A DNA stretch of 64,000 nucleotides, taken from NCBI GenBank assembly GCA_964016885.1, contig OZ024742.1:183768001-183832000 (forward strand), in the 5' to 3' direction. The translations under genes were made by a program, and so were the position numbers. The notes under the pieces were generated by a model, which was not told the DNA's origin, did not search any database, and was given only the letters and a program-made list of their open reading frames with translations. This DNA is from Eledone cirrhosa (taxonomy: Eukaryota). This document shows, one piece after another, positions 12,720-26,711 of the stretch; position 1 is the first letter of the stretch; every line of letters begins with the position of its first letter.

Positions 12720-12850
12720 TCATGTCAAATATTTATAAAACATTTTGTTTATCTGATGATAGCGCACCAACATTTTTGGTACCCTTGAAATATATATAAT
12801 AGAATAAATATGGTTTTATAAATATAGTTTCCATTTATTTAATATCAATT
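12720..12850 (+). mobile_element. Family C copy with hammerhead (~12745-12806)
   Basis: TTTAT-CTGATGA (12753-12759), hairpin CCAA/TTGG, GAAA (12787-12790), TATATAT-A-ATAGAAT. Confidence 0.7.
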
Positions 12851-13074
12851 GTATATATATATATATATATATATGTGGGGGTGGGGTGTATATATATATA
12901 TAGAGAGAGAGAGACTTTTTGTACCTCTGTTTGTTGTTTCCTTGAACTATATATATATGTGTGTGTGTGCGCGTGTGTGCGTGCGCGCGCGCGTAGATCC
13001 CGAGTAAAAACGGGGCTAACCACAGTTAAAAACAGATACTTAATATATTAGCAAAGTGTAAGCATCATTATTTA

Positions 13075-13260
13075 ATTGGCAGTATCGGTAGAGGGTCGGA
13101 CGCCATGCTTTGCAGCATAGAGTTACGGCTCTTTATGATCTGTGTTCAAATCTCGCCGAGGTTAACTTTGCCTTTCATCCTTACGGGGTCTATAAAATGA
13201 AGTACCAGTAATGTACTGGTAAATTATTATTGCTGGCCTTGTGCCAAAAGTAGAAACAAT
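13075..13260 (+). mobile_element. Meta-domain SINE
   Basis: Family match with TSD ATTATTTAAT. Confidence 0.9.
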
Positions 13261-13778
13261 TATTTAATATATACAAGACTAGAAATGTTCCATTCGTATA
13301 AAATGATCAGTAATGAAACAGCTCTAGTTATATAAAAGGCATTTCTAAATTAAATAAACCTGTATATATATATATATATATTACATATACATACATATAT
13401 ACATACATACAATAATGATTTCTACTATAGGCACAAGTCCAGCAATTTGGAATAAAAATAATTGCAAAGGCCAAGTTTATTCAGAATTTGCAGTGACGGG
13501 CTGCAGAAGAACAAGTATGATATCCGTCCGTCCCCTTATTTATAGCCCATATTCAATAGAAATGTTACAATCCAACCTTTTCACATAAGATGTTGTCTAA
13601 TGAAGTCGTGTTGGGGTTTGCATTACGTAATCATGGACGCCAATAGAAATATGTATTGGGGCAAATTCTGAATGAAATGGACTACCAAATCACATTTGGA
13701 AGGATACACATGTCTTTGAGTGCTTGGATCTAATTGCATCATCGTTGACTGAGCCCGGTTGGTCAACATCATACAAAA

Positions 13779-14014
<236 letters not shown>

Positions 14015-14091
14015 ATTAAAATAACAGATTAAACCCTTATCGAGCCCTCTTTGGATTTTAGTCTTCAAATTTATTATTATTACTATTTATA

Positions 14092-14275
14092 ATGGATTGG
14101 CAGCATCGGTAGAGGGTCGGGCGCCATGCTTTGAGGCATAGAGTTATGGTCCTTGCCATTCTGAGTTCAAATCCCGCCGAGGTTAACTTTGCCTTTCATC
14201 ATTACGGGGTCGATAAAATAAAGTACCAGTAATACACTGGGTAATTGCTGGCCTTGAGCCAAAAGTAGAAACAAT
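14092..14275 (+). mobile_element. Meta-domain SINE
   Basis: Family match with TSD ATTACTATTTATA. Confidence 0.9.
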
Positions 14276-14540
14276 TACTATTTATATATATATATATAAT
14301 TGTAAGTGTGAAAAACAAACAGACACAATTTACCTACATACATCGTTATTTTGTTGCATGTATAGTTTGTGCCTTCCGTCGGTTATCTTGGTGTCACATT
14401 ATATAACCGCGGTGTTTAACAGTGGACTTAATGTTTGTTTTTAACTTTCGATCCATTGAGTGCTCTGTGATTGCCTCAAAGCAAATCGCATTGTGCATGC
14501 TGTACTGCAGCTAAAGTTCGATTTACAATTAGTATTATTA

Positions 14541-14727
14541 TGGTGGATTGGCAGTATTGCTAGATAGTCGGACACCATGCTTTGAGCATAGAGTTACGTC
14601 TCTTTAAGGACTGAGTTCAAAACCCGCCGAGGTTAACTTTGTCTTTCATTCTTACGGGGTCGATAAAATAAAGTACCAGTAATGTACTGGGTAATTTCTG
14701 GCCTTGTGCTAAAAGTAGAAACAATTA
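14541..14727 (+). mobile_element. Meta-domain SINE
   Basis: Family match. Confidence 0.88.
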
Positions 14728-15080
14728 TATATATATATATATATATATATTAGTAATATAATATATATATATATTAGTAAAAAGGGAAAGAAAATGCTGA
14801 CAAATGTTTCCCAGTGAAAAATAGTTTAATTATGAATAAGTATAAATTAGTAATAATTGTTTCTACGTTTGGCACAAGGCCAGCAAATTGCCCAGTACAT
14901 TACTGGTACTTTATTTTATCGACCCCGTAAGGATGAGAGGCAATAGTATTCAGTTTTAGTCCTTTTTATTTATTTATTTATTTATTTGTTTGTTTGTTTG
15001 TTTGTTTGTTTATAATCTCTTTCATTCCAACTACATTGTTAGAAGTGAAGTAACATTAATATACATGCTATTATAATAAC

Positions 15081-15154
15081 TGTTTCTACTTTAGGCACAA
15101 GGCCAGCAAATACCTAGTGCATTACTGGTACTTTATGCACTGGGTAATTGCTGG
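15081..15154 (-). mobile_element. Short SINE 3' fragment with an inverted segment and 19-bp TSD
   Basis: TACATGCTATTATAATAAC at 15062-15080 and 15155-15173. Confidence 0.85.
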
Positions 15155-15583
15155 TACATGCTATTATAATAACACAGTTGATTAAGAGCTGTGGTTTGTT
15201 ATAATTGGTAGGACGTCGGACAAAAGATTTTGCGTTATTTAGTTTCGGTTTTCCACGTTCTGATTTCAAATCCCACTGAGGTCAACTTTACCTTTCATCC
15301 TTGCGAGTTCGATAAAATAAAGTACTCGTGAAGCACTGACTTCTATATAATCGTCTTTCCCTTACACCAAATTATTGGCGTTGTGCTAATATTAAGAAGA
15401 ATTATTATATTTGAATAATTTCATGAAACAAATATGTAGAGTAAAAAGAAAAAAAACAAATTGAGGTATATTTAGTATACGTCTGATTTGTTTTCGTTGA
15501 TTTATTCAATTGTAATAAGAAATATGTTGGATTTACTTCAGTTTTGACATTGTAATCTCTTTCATATATTTTCTCGTTTACAG

Positions 15584-15673
15584 TGGATATAGAAGCAGCG
15601 GGAAGGAGACAGAAGTTGGTGGCAAAAAGAAGTGCAAAATACAGAATGAAAAGAGAAAAATTTAGTGTTTATG
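15584..15673 (+). CDS. Candidate 90-nt internal coding exon of an unidentified gene
   Basis: Pyrimidine tract plus TTTACAG acceptor and GTAGGT donor, phase 1-1. Open frame DIEAAGRRQKLVAKRSAKYRMKREKFSVY. No homology recognised. Confidence 0.3.
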
Positions 15674-16132
15674 GTAGGTGAATAGTAATATCAGAATGAA
15701 CGTAGTGAATTGGAGAAGGCATGCTTTGGTGAGAAACTAGCCAACGTTGTGGATTGAGAGAAGAAAATAATAAACTAAGAGAGTAAAATGTACAGGAGTA
15801 GCATAATGCTGGAAATAGCAAGTTGGGCGAGCAGTGTCGTCGTACTACAATATAGAGCGTTGGTTTTCTGCTAGATATGACGTCAAAGCGGAAGTATTGA
15901 TTGTAGTGCTGGTGGTGTATATGCCGGTGGTGAAACACCAGGGCCTTGCTTTGCTTGCCTGTCTGTCTGTCCGTCTGTCTGTCAGCCTGTCTGCTTGTCT
16001 GTCTGCCTGGCCGCCTGTCTGCCTGCCTGGTAGTCGTCCGCTCTCTTATAACCTGCTTTATACAAGCCATAATGTGTCGTTGCCAGTCAGCACATAGATT
16101 ATAGGAAAGCACATTCACACAGACCTATATAA

Positions 16133-16204
<72 letters not shown>

Positions 16205-16539
16205 ATATACATGTCATGATCACAGCAAGTCGTATATGTTTATTATACATAAACACATTGTATAATACCTCCATATACATCTCTGCTATGAATCACATAT
16301 ATATATATATACATATGTATGTGTATATATAGACATACACATATGCATACATACGTACATACGCGCACTTTTTTCTGTGTCAGTGTTTCTGCCACAGTGT
16401 ATGCGTGGGAGCATGTATGCGTGTGTTTTAATGTCTAAATACATGTGAACACATGTGTGCACATGTATGTCAACTTGACAAAGTGCGTATTTGAGCGGTT
16501 GTGTAATAGTTGAATAGATTCACAAACATTACACATCTG

Positions 16540-17048
<509 letters not shown>

Positions 17049-17267
17049 CTTGCGTACATATATCTATGCGTAGATGGTTTATGCATATATGCATATAAAT
17101 TTCAAATGCACGTGTACAGACGGCGTGTACGAAGACACAGCACTTAAGGAACATCAAGTAGAAGAAATTATAGCAATGAACAGATGAAAGCTTCCCTCTG
17201 CCCTTCGAACTCTCAGAAACCGACAAGATTGGCTGCAAAACGTGAATGGAAATCAATAGGCTTTATT

Positions 17268-17812
17268 AGATTAATTCTTAACATCCTGTCATGATTTAGC
17301 AGAAAATATCTAAAACTGGCTTGTTAATTGAAATGTTTATAGTATCTTTACTAGTGGACACATCCTTGTGAAAATTTGCAGCATTGGAGTAAAGATCTTA
17401 ATTTTTAATATGCTGCAGTTATTTTTTCTAAATGTTGTGTGTGCAGGGTTGTTAATTAATTAACTCTTAGCATCAATGATTTAGCAGAATATGTCAAAAA
17501 GCATATTTGTTACTTCAAATGTGAACAGATCGTGGAAATTGGTGTATTAGAAATACAGACTTCAATATTTAATGTGCTGCAGTCATTCATACTAAAAATA
17601 ATGCCGCGTATGTGTGATTATTAAATAACTCTTAACACCCTGTAATGAGTTAGCAAATGTTTGTAGCATGTTTACTAGCGGATAGATCGTTGTAAAAAGT
17701 TTCTATATTCGAGTGAAAATTTAAATTTTTTATGTGATGCAGTCATAGTGCTGCTTTGTACTTTTCAAGGATGTCGAGTTAATGTCGTTTCATGTAGATA
17801 TTAAGAGTTAAT
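17268..17812. repeat. Three diverged tandem ~180-190 bp units of a dispersed repeat
   Basis: ATGATTTAGCAGAA..TTTACTAGTGGACA..GTGAAAATTTG..TGCTGCAGT recurs. A single related copy is at ~52405-52597. Confidence 0.6.
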
Positions 17813-17959
17813 GCAGACAGTAAGGGCAGCAGCAGTTAAAACTGGATAATTATTAATGAAGATCGTTTACTGTAACGACAGCAGCATATAAATATATCAT
17901 TCAATAATTTTTTATAATATAATATACGACTCCCAAACGCACTTTGGCCATAACTGACC

Positions 17960-18860
17960 ATGGGTTTGCATTTAGAAAGTTTCACTTTAAAGCAAAAGTC
18001 CGCATAAGGTGTTTTGTGGGAAACCACCAGTCGCCTGTACATACCAGTTTCTTTCTCTCCACACCACTGAAGTTATTCAAGGTTATTACAAAGACCAATA
18101 CAGCTTGACTCCAGTCTAATTGCAAAATATATATATACTATTTAAACTATATATACACTATGAACTCTGTATTAAGATATTTTCGAAGGGAAAAGCAAAG
18201 GCCGATACAGCTTGACTCCTGTGTAATTGCAACTTATATAGACACTATGTATATACACTATGTATGCTATACATATTCTATATACACTATATATGGTGTT
18301 GTCCAAGGAAAACGAAAAGGCCGATACATCTTGACACCAGTGTCATTGCAACTTATATATAAACCTGTATTAGTTGTCCAAGGGAAAAACAAAAACCAAT
18401 ACAGCTCAACACCAGTGTCGTCACAACTAATTTTCTCCAACTGTATACACTCTTTCTTTCCTAGTGGGAAGAAGTCATGTAGATAGGAAATAAATAATTT
18501 TCTATATAGATAATAAACACAACCACAAGGATATAGTCCGAACGTGGAAGAGCCGAACCTTCACTGACATCGCCCTCCTCATATCTCTTTCTGGTGAGAA
18601 AATGGGGTCCCACGTGCTGGCCTCCGCACACCCCGGCGGACAGAATGGAGGAGGTGTTTCCCCGGAGGATGGTAAGGGAGATGCGCTGGAAGAGCCATTC
18701 CATCTCGCGAGGCTCACCCTGCGGTTGGCCAGCTCAGCGCCTAAGCAACGTGAAATAAAGCGTTTTTCTCAAGAGCACAATTCACCACATGGCTCGGGAA
18801 TAAAACTCATGCCCTTGCGATCAAAATACCAACATACTAATCACTAAACCACGTACCGCC
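17960..18860 (-). mobile_element. CORE-type SINE with tandemly reiterated tail segment, interrupted by a CRE fragment
   Basis: Matches the intact copy at 22165-22470. CCAATACAGCTTGACT/ACCAG recurs about four times in 18080-18445, and the SINE resumes at ~18730. Confidence 0.65.
18480..18730 (-). mobile_element. CRE-clade non-LTR retrotransposon 3' fragment
   Basis: GEPREMEWLFQRISLTILRGNTSSIL matches the CRE C-terminal motif GDPRE..LFQR.S..IQRGNA..IL. The island is GC-rich. Confidence 0.75.
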
Positions 18861-19860
18861 ACAATGATTTACCAAAGTTGAAAAGCAACAACGACAATAT
18901 ATAGACATTGTTGTTCGACAAAAGGAGATCAATAAAATTAGTACTAGACTTTTAAAAAGTACAGGAGTCGATATGGTCAACTAAAACTTTCAAAGCGGTA
19001 CCCCAGCTTGGCCACAGTCTAAAGACTGAAACCAGTAAAATAGTAAATTACATTAACTATATTCAACGAAAGGATATTTTATAGTCAAAATTTCATGTAC
19101 AGTTGTACGTATTTACAAACGGGATGGGAGAAAAAAAGGGGAGGAGAAAAGGGGAAAATGAATAAAAGAGGGAATGCAAACTCTGAACCTTTGGGTGGGA
19201 GATACACCTCAGCTGCGTGCCGCAGACGAAATGTCGAACGAATTGTCATAGAATAGTAAGCGACACCCGCTACATCAGCCGTTCCACCACACGGGACTTC
19301 TTCTTCCCGACAGGGCCTCCAAGAGAAATTTTGCAAGGTGTTACAAGACCCCTTTGAGGCCAGAAGCAGCCAAAGATTCTTCTCAAAATGGATGTTGCCT
19401 GCTTGCTGTGGAGTCTTCTTAGCTCATAGTCCCTGGAACCCCTGGAATCCCCTCTCATATGCCCTGCTTCCCGATCTTGCGAAGAAAAACAGCAGTCGAG
19501 AGACTGTGAAAAACACCGCGGAGATCTTGGTGGCCAACGACACAAAAAGGAAAAATTCAGTCAAAGACCAGTATTTACATCACAGAACATTTACAGTAGT
19601 GGTTGAATTGCTTTATGTTTACCAGTTCCGGATTTCTTAGTTCAAATCGCAGCCGGTTTAACATATAGGTGCAAAGATGAAGCTACATTTTTTTTACACT
19701 CTACTTTCCTCAAAGTATGCAATAGTAAGTTAAATGATTTTAGTAGCTTCATATACACAAACATACATGTATACACTCGCACATGTATATACATATACAC
19801 CGCACATGTATACACTCACACTCACACATGTATATACATACACACCGAGATAAATATATA

Positions 19861-20036
19861 CCGTGTTTCCCGGTGCCGGAGACGCTTCGTCCTCGAAGAC
19901 GCACTCGAATTTTAACAACAAAAAATTTGAAAAAAAAAAAAGAAAAAAAAACAACCTTCGGCCTCCAGGACGCATGATAGTTTTTATAGACTTATTTTAG
20001 GGAAAAAAGTAGCGTCTTCGACGCCGAGAAATACGG
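19861..20036. mobile_element. Tc1/mariner-superfamily (pogo-like) MITE
   Basis: TIRs CCGTGTTTCCCGGTGCCGGAGACGC and GCGTCTTCGACGCCGAGAAATACGG, with TA on both sides. A second copy is at 44316-44459. Confidence 0.85.
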
Positions 20037-20205
20037 TATGTACTGAAGTGGGTTTCTTGCATATCATTGTACTTAAAACATTCAAACATCACGAAGTCTG
20101 CAAATAATAATATAATTTTTCGAATTTACGGGAAGATATGTAAAATGTAACATATTTATATGTCTCTATATTTCAATATGTAAACTTATATACACATTTA
20201 CGTAG

Positions 20206-20238
<33 letters not shown>

Positions 20239-20270
20239 ATATATACATATACACACACACATTATATATA

Positions 20271-20314
<44 letters not shown>

Positions 20315-20679
20315 TACACACACACACTCACACAAACATGGATTATGCACTCATGAGAAACGCAGGCGTTACAGCTTCGTAATATTGTTTTAAAAAGAAT
20401 GACTAAGATTATAGATTTTACAAAATATTTCCGTGTCAACGGTGTAGAAAGCATTCTCCCACGCGCTGAATCCAGTTTCTGAAGATAAGTCACTTTAATC
20501 ACACAAATAAACCCACCAACGTCTCCTATCTTTTTTATTTTATTTGTACCTAGTCAATTCACTAAACTGTGTGCTCCAATCTCGCCGAGGTCTATTTACC
20601 TTTCATCTTTCCGAGCTCGATGAATAATATGTAATATACCAGTGGAATACGGTTGTGTCGGCTCTTTCACTATTTGTCA

Positions 20680-20728
<49 letters not shown>

Positions 20729-22164
20729 TGGATTTTTCCCAATTTAAGGGTTTATTATAGGAACTTTTAATGTTTATTTTAGGTTTTGCCGTCCCGAAGA
20801 GCTCAGGGTATATAAACTGATAGTCCTCAGTGAAATATGTAAAAATGGAGTTTTAAATAAACCTGAACTAACTGAATATGGCCTCCAATCTTTTATATAT
20901 ATATATATATTTATCTATCTCTGTTTATCTCTCTCTCTCTATCTCTTACTCTCTCTCTCCCTCAAAATAGTTTGCCTATGTTTGCACTATACACACACTA
21001 TACACTATCTATGATGTTGTCCAAGGAAAAAACAAAAACTGATACAGCTTGACACCAGGAGTTAACGGCCTATGACATATAATGGAGTAGAAAATTCTAT
21101 ATCTATTTTTCACTTACTTTTTCTCTCTCCCACTATTTCTCTTTCTCACTTTTCTCTTTATATATATATATATCCTTCTCTGTAGAGTAATGGGCTCCAC
21201 CATGTTTTAAACGGCTAACACATGCTATATGTTATGACTGCGCCTCTACTTCTTCACCCAATCCAAACTTCAGCATTTAGGCTTTATAGATTAAATGTTA
21301 TTTTCCAGACGACCAAAAATCTCCTCTTGGTTTGATTTTTGCATTGAAACCACTCACTTTACTTTGCGGCTCTTCAGTTAATAAAGGCAGGGACACAAAT
21401 TCCTGTTGGTTGTTTTTTTTGTTTGTTTGTTTTTTCTCGACTATAAACCCTTCAACCATTAAACAAAATTATCAACAATGATAATTTTTTATGGGAGATG
21501 ATGAAGACTTGGAAAATGGAAAGATTCCGAAGTGTATTAGTAAAATCAAAGAAAAAAAGTCTTCTCGTGGGATTTCGGTAGAGGTAGACTAAGCTTCCAT
21601 GTGACTCCTAACTAAAATTTTCATCGTGGCACTTGCATCAAACTGACTCTTTCTAATATAATCACACTCTACTATCCAAAGTATCGAGTTCTCTGTTGAA
21701 TAATGGTCTTATTAGTATAATACAGATTTAACCCTGATATATAATATATATAATCATCCGGAATTTTAAAAAGAATTCAGTGATGGAGCTCCCACTACCA
21801 CTACTTTATATTTCCCGCGCGCATGCGCGTAAACACAGTCGCGTGCACACAAACACACTCTTACCATCCCTATTCCAGTATGACCGCCGTTTTCACAAAA
21901 AATGTACATCTTCAACATAATAGATGATGTGTAACTTGTAATAAAAGCTATCCCATCAATGTAGATAAATATTATAGAAAAGTAATAGAACTATAAAATG
22001 TTTGAAATTAGTATGTTGGTAAGGCTATTACAACGAAATAAAACACGGTACGATCGATGAGATTGTAATATTGAACTAATCTGTGTTACAAAAACAAAAT
22101 TCTCAAAATTAAAGAAATGGAATATGTAAAGAATATTAAAACCTATTTCGGTCTCGAATTACTA

Positions 22165-22470
22165 TGGGTTTTGCACTTAGAAAACCCCACTCCGACGCAC
22201 AAGCCCCGCCAAGGTTCATTTGTTAAAGACTAGCAGCCTCCCATGCATACCATTCTGCTCTTTCCACGCCACGGATGTTGTCCAAGGAAAAGGCAAAGGT
22301 CGATATTGCTTGGCATCAGTGACGTCGCAACGCATTTCTACAGTTGAGTGAACAAGAGCAAGTTGAAATAAATTGTCTTGCTCAAGGACACAGCAAACCG
22401 CCCGGTTCGGGAATCAAACTGACAACCTCGCCATTTCGCGATTGTGAATCAACACTAACCACCATTCCAC
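22165..22470 (-). mobile_element. CORE-type tRNA SINE (octopus OR-like)
   Basis: Minus strand: B-box-like GTTTGATTCCCG and TGTGTCCTTGAGCAAGACA. Confidence 0.75.
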
Positions 22471-22487
22471 TAACCACTTTCACATGT

Positions 22488-23170
<683 letters not shown>

Positions 23171-23171
23171 T

Positions 23172-23342
23172 AGGAGCCCCTACACTAGAAGAGGAAGACC
23201 AAGGTTAACGTATGTTGATGCCCTAAGGACAGACACTGGTCTGTTGGAGACGCAGGACATGGCAGCTATAATGAGGGACAGAGACCGCTGGATGGAACTC
23301 GTCCATGGATCTCGGGAATTTTACCCGCCTTAGATAGATAGA
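23172..23342 (+). mobile_element. RTE-like LINE 3' end inserted in a TA array
   Basis: RRGRPRLTYVDALRTDTG..MRDRDRW..stop, followed by an (AGAT)n tail. Confidence 0.8.
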
Positions 23343-24120
23343 TATATATATAATATACATATATTATATATATATATACATATATTATATATATATATAT
23401 AATATATATATACACATATAATATACATATATTATATATATATATATGTATAAAACTATGAATTATATACAAGTTGCTACATAACCTGGAAATTATTTAT
23501 CCCAAATTGTAGAAATCTTATAACGAAACGATCGTCTGGAAGGAAAGAGATATTTATTTAATAATGTCTCATATAAAATAATACAACCAGCTATCCACGC
23601 AATACTGATTAGTTAGCACCCCAAATACTAAATTGGGATAATACTTAGGTATATCCTAATGTTTGTTGAGTGAGATGGAGTTGGTCGGAGTATCGCTTAA
23701 GGCTTTCTCTGTTTATGTATTGTGTATATATATATATATACTATATATATATGTATATATACTATATATATATATATACTATCTGTGTGTGTGTGTATAA
23801 TACCTTACTAATTAACATTAATTGACACTAGACCATTAAAGTAAGTAATTGGTACTTTAAAGAAACTAATGTGTAGATATTATATGAAATATATCTAAGC
23901 CCTTAGAAAATGTTATATAGTTTTTTTTTTTTGGGGGGGGGGGGGTGCATGCGTGTGTGTGCGCACGCGTGTGCGAACTTAAATTTGAAGCCATTCGTTG
24001 AAAGTAACCTGACCACTGACTATACGTATATGGGAAGGAAATGATATTCCAGACTTTAATTTTACATATAAATATGTACTATTCTTGAATAGATTACAGT
24101 ATGCATGTATACATAGATAC

Positions 24121-24405
24121 ATGATGGCCGCCCCCTCTTTATCGAGTATGGCTATTGCACGATATACAATTATTAATAATTATTAATTAATTCTATCGTG
24201 CAATTCCTGTGCGTGTAGATTTTTTCTTAAAGTGAGGAAAGACTATGCACTGAGCCAATCTCACTCTCTGAGCTATAACCCGAAAAGAAGTAAAGATCAA
24301 CATCATTGGTAACTACTGAGCCGCAGGTTTTACGTCGGAGTTATCACAATACATATATACATAATGATGGCTGCCCCCTTTTTATCGAGTATGGCCATTG
24401 CACGA
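24121..24405. mobile_element. Small element with 9-bp inverted ends plus a duplicated terminus
   Basis: TCGTGCAAT (24196-24204) and ATTGCACGA (24397-24405). A 42-bp direct repeat lies at 24121-24162 and 24364-24405. Confidence 0.5.
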
Positions 24406-24455
24406 AGAAGACAAAAACATAATAACGACAATAATAATAATAACAATAACAACAA

Positions 24456-24504
<49 letters not shown>

Positions 24505-24506
<2 letters not shown>

Positions 24507-24672
24507 TGTTTCTACTTTAGGCACAAGGCCAGCAATTACCCAGTGCATTACTGGTACTTTATTTTATCGACCCCGTAAGGATGAAAGGCAAAGTCAACCT
24601 CGGCGGGATTTGAACTCAGATCGTAAAGGGACGTAACTATGCTGGAAAGCATGGCGTCCGACCCTCTACCGA
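24505..24672 (-). mobile_element. Young Meta-domain SINE with a long (ATT)n tail
   Basis: Nearly identical to the copies at 9856 and 51745. Confidence 0.9.
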
Positions 24673-24677
24673 TACAA

Positions 24678-24980
24678 ACCGATACCAGGACTTAAATTGG
24701 GAGGTAAAAAGGATTTGGAACTGCCATGAAGTCAAAGTGGTCCCGATTGTCATAGGCGCACTAGGTACTATCTCAAAAAGTTTCCAGGGATGGTTCAAGA
24801 AAATTGGCCCCGCCACGCTTTTTGGAACGCTTCAAAAGGCATGCTTGCGGGGAACAGCAAGAACTCTCCGATACGTCCTGAATATCTGAGGCTGCAGGTA
24901 ATGGCTTGATATTCATTTCAACAAACTTTCCAGTTAACTAACATCAATGACTGAGACTCAAAGAACAATAATAATAATAA
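24678..24980 (+). mobile_element. R4/Dong-clade LINE 3' end
   Basis: RYQDLNWEVKRIWN..VKVVPIVIGALGTI..LQKACLRGTARTLRYVL*, then a short UTR and an (AAT)n tail. Confidence 0.88.
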
Positions 24981-25053
24981 TTGTTTCTACTTTAGGCACA
25001 AGGCCAGAAATTATCCAGTACATTACTGGTACTTATAATAATAATAATAATAA

Positions 25054-25087
<34 letters not shown>

Positions 25088-25109
25088 ACACATGCATACA
25101 TACATACAA

Positions 25110-25580
25110 ATAACCGGTATATTGGCTCCCACTTTGAAAGATATGCTTTTGCAATTCAGGAATAGGAAATATCAACAAAATACCTGATGCACAAAACCAT
25201 AGGGATGCAAGTAAAGCACCTAGATGGGACAACAGAATAAACATCAAAGATGTCAGCCACATCAAAAGCAGCCGTCCAAAGATGCCATCACGATACTATC
25301 TACCTAAGAGGCATGATGTAGTTGCCAAAACACTATACAATGCAATCCGTAGAAAGGATAACCATGAGAATAAACATATAAAAAGTTACAGATGCGTATA
25401 TAATAAAAAGTTACAGATGCATACATAATATGAAAGAGTACTGGTGGAATGTTCCAGTGAAAACCTTAATAAAATGCAAACATAGACCAGACATAGAGAT
25501 ATGGGACAGAAAAAGAAGGCATGCATAGTAGTGGAAATCAGCTGCCGAGCAGATGTCAATATATTGGCGAAAAGAGACAA
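25110..25580 (+). mobile_element. Decayed R4/Dong-type LINE fragment (zinc knuckle to restriction-like endonuclease)
   Basis: Interrupted frames give FAIQE, YYLPKRHDVVAKTLY, EYWWNVPVKT, RPDIEIWD and VEISC. Confidence 0.8.
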
Positions 25581-26232
25581 GCACATGTACATATAAACCG
25601 ATATAAATAAAGAGCTGATGCTGTCTAAATTCCAATAAAAGAGTTTTATTTCTGGGTTATAAACTAACACTCTATTAATGAGAAATGTTTTAAAATAACA
25701 CCAGAACATACATTCATATGTACGTGTATGTGTGTATGTGTGTAGGTGTGTGTCTGTGTCTGTGTGTTTGTGTGTTTGTGTATGTGTGTATGTGTGTATT
25801 TGTGTGTATGAGTGTGTCTGTATGTTGATGCGTGTGTATGTGTGTGTGTGTTTGTGTGATCTGCTTGAGTGTATGTGTCTATTAGTGTGTGTATGTGCGT
25901 GTGTTTGTTTGTGAGTGTGTGAGTGTGTCTCTCTCTGTGTCAGTGTATGTTTGTATATGTATGTATATGTGTATGTGCTTGAGTAAATGTGTCTCTCTGT
26001 GTGAGTGTGTGCCTATGTGTGTACGTGTGTATTTGTGTAAGTGTGTCTGTGTGATTGTGTTTGTGTGTATGTGTCGTCAAAATTTATTAGATTTATTTCA
26101 ATATGTAACACGTACACTCTTCTAGTTTGATACTTGCTGCAGTTTAAAGTGTTTCATTAACTCTTTCATAGTATTTTGTTTTTTTAACTTGAGGCCTTTC
26201 GTGACCTACATTCTAACAATTATCGTCTGCAG

Positions 26233-26300
26233 AATTCATACCCTGTCCGTCACGAGACGGCCCGCTAGAAGTAAAAATTCTGAAACAATTCAGCGAGAGA
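26233..26300 (+). CDS. Candidate 68-nt exon
   Basis: CTAAC branch-like motif, CTGCAG acceptor and GTAAGC donor. Two frames are open. No homology recognised. Confidence 0.2.
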
Positions 26301-26482
26301 GTAAGCCTGATTCATTTATAGCTAGAGTGGTGGCCGTTCAAATCACACTGAAACACACACACTTTTGCACTTTACAGAATAAGGTGCGGTAGAAAAATAA
26401 CTAATGAAAAAATGTCAACTACTAGAGCTCGAGTAGAATTTCAGTAGTTTCAAAAATTGGATAATATTAGCAATTTCCTACG

Positions 26483-26553
<71 letters not shown>

Positions 26554-26633
26554 AAGAGAGAGATCTGGGTAAGTATTTATGTATATATGTATGTATGTAT
26601 ATATGTATGTGTGTATGTATGTATATATATGCC

Positions 26634-26676
<43 letters not shown>

Positions 26677-26711
26677 CTATGTGTATGTGCATGTATGTAT
26701 ATAGATATATT

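Noticed and set aside
15584-15673. Matrix metalloproteinase prodomain exon (RxKR..F..G)
   Set aside because: I found no PRCGxxD or HExxHxxGxxH exon in the window, so the resemblance is too weak.
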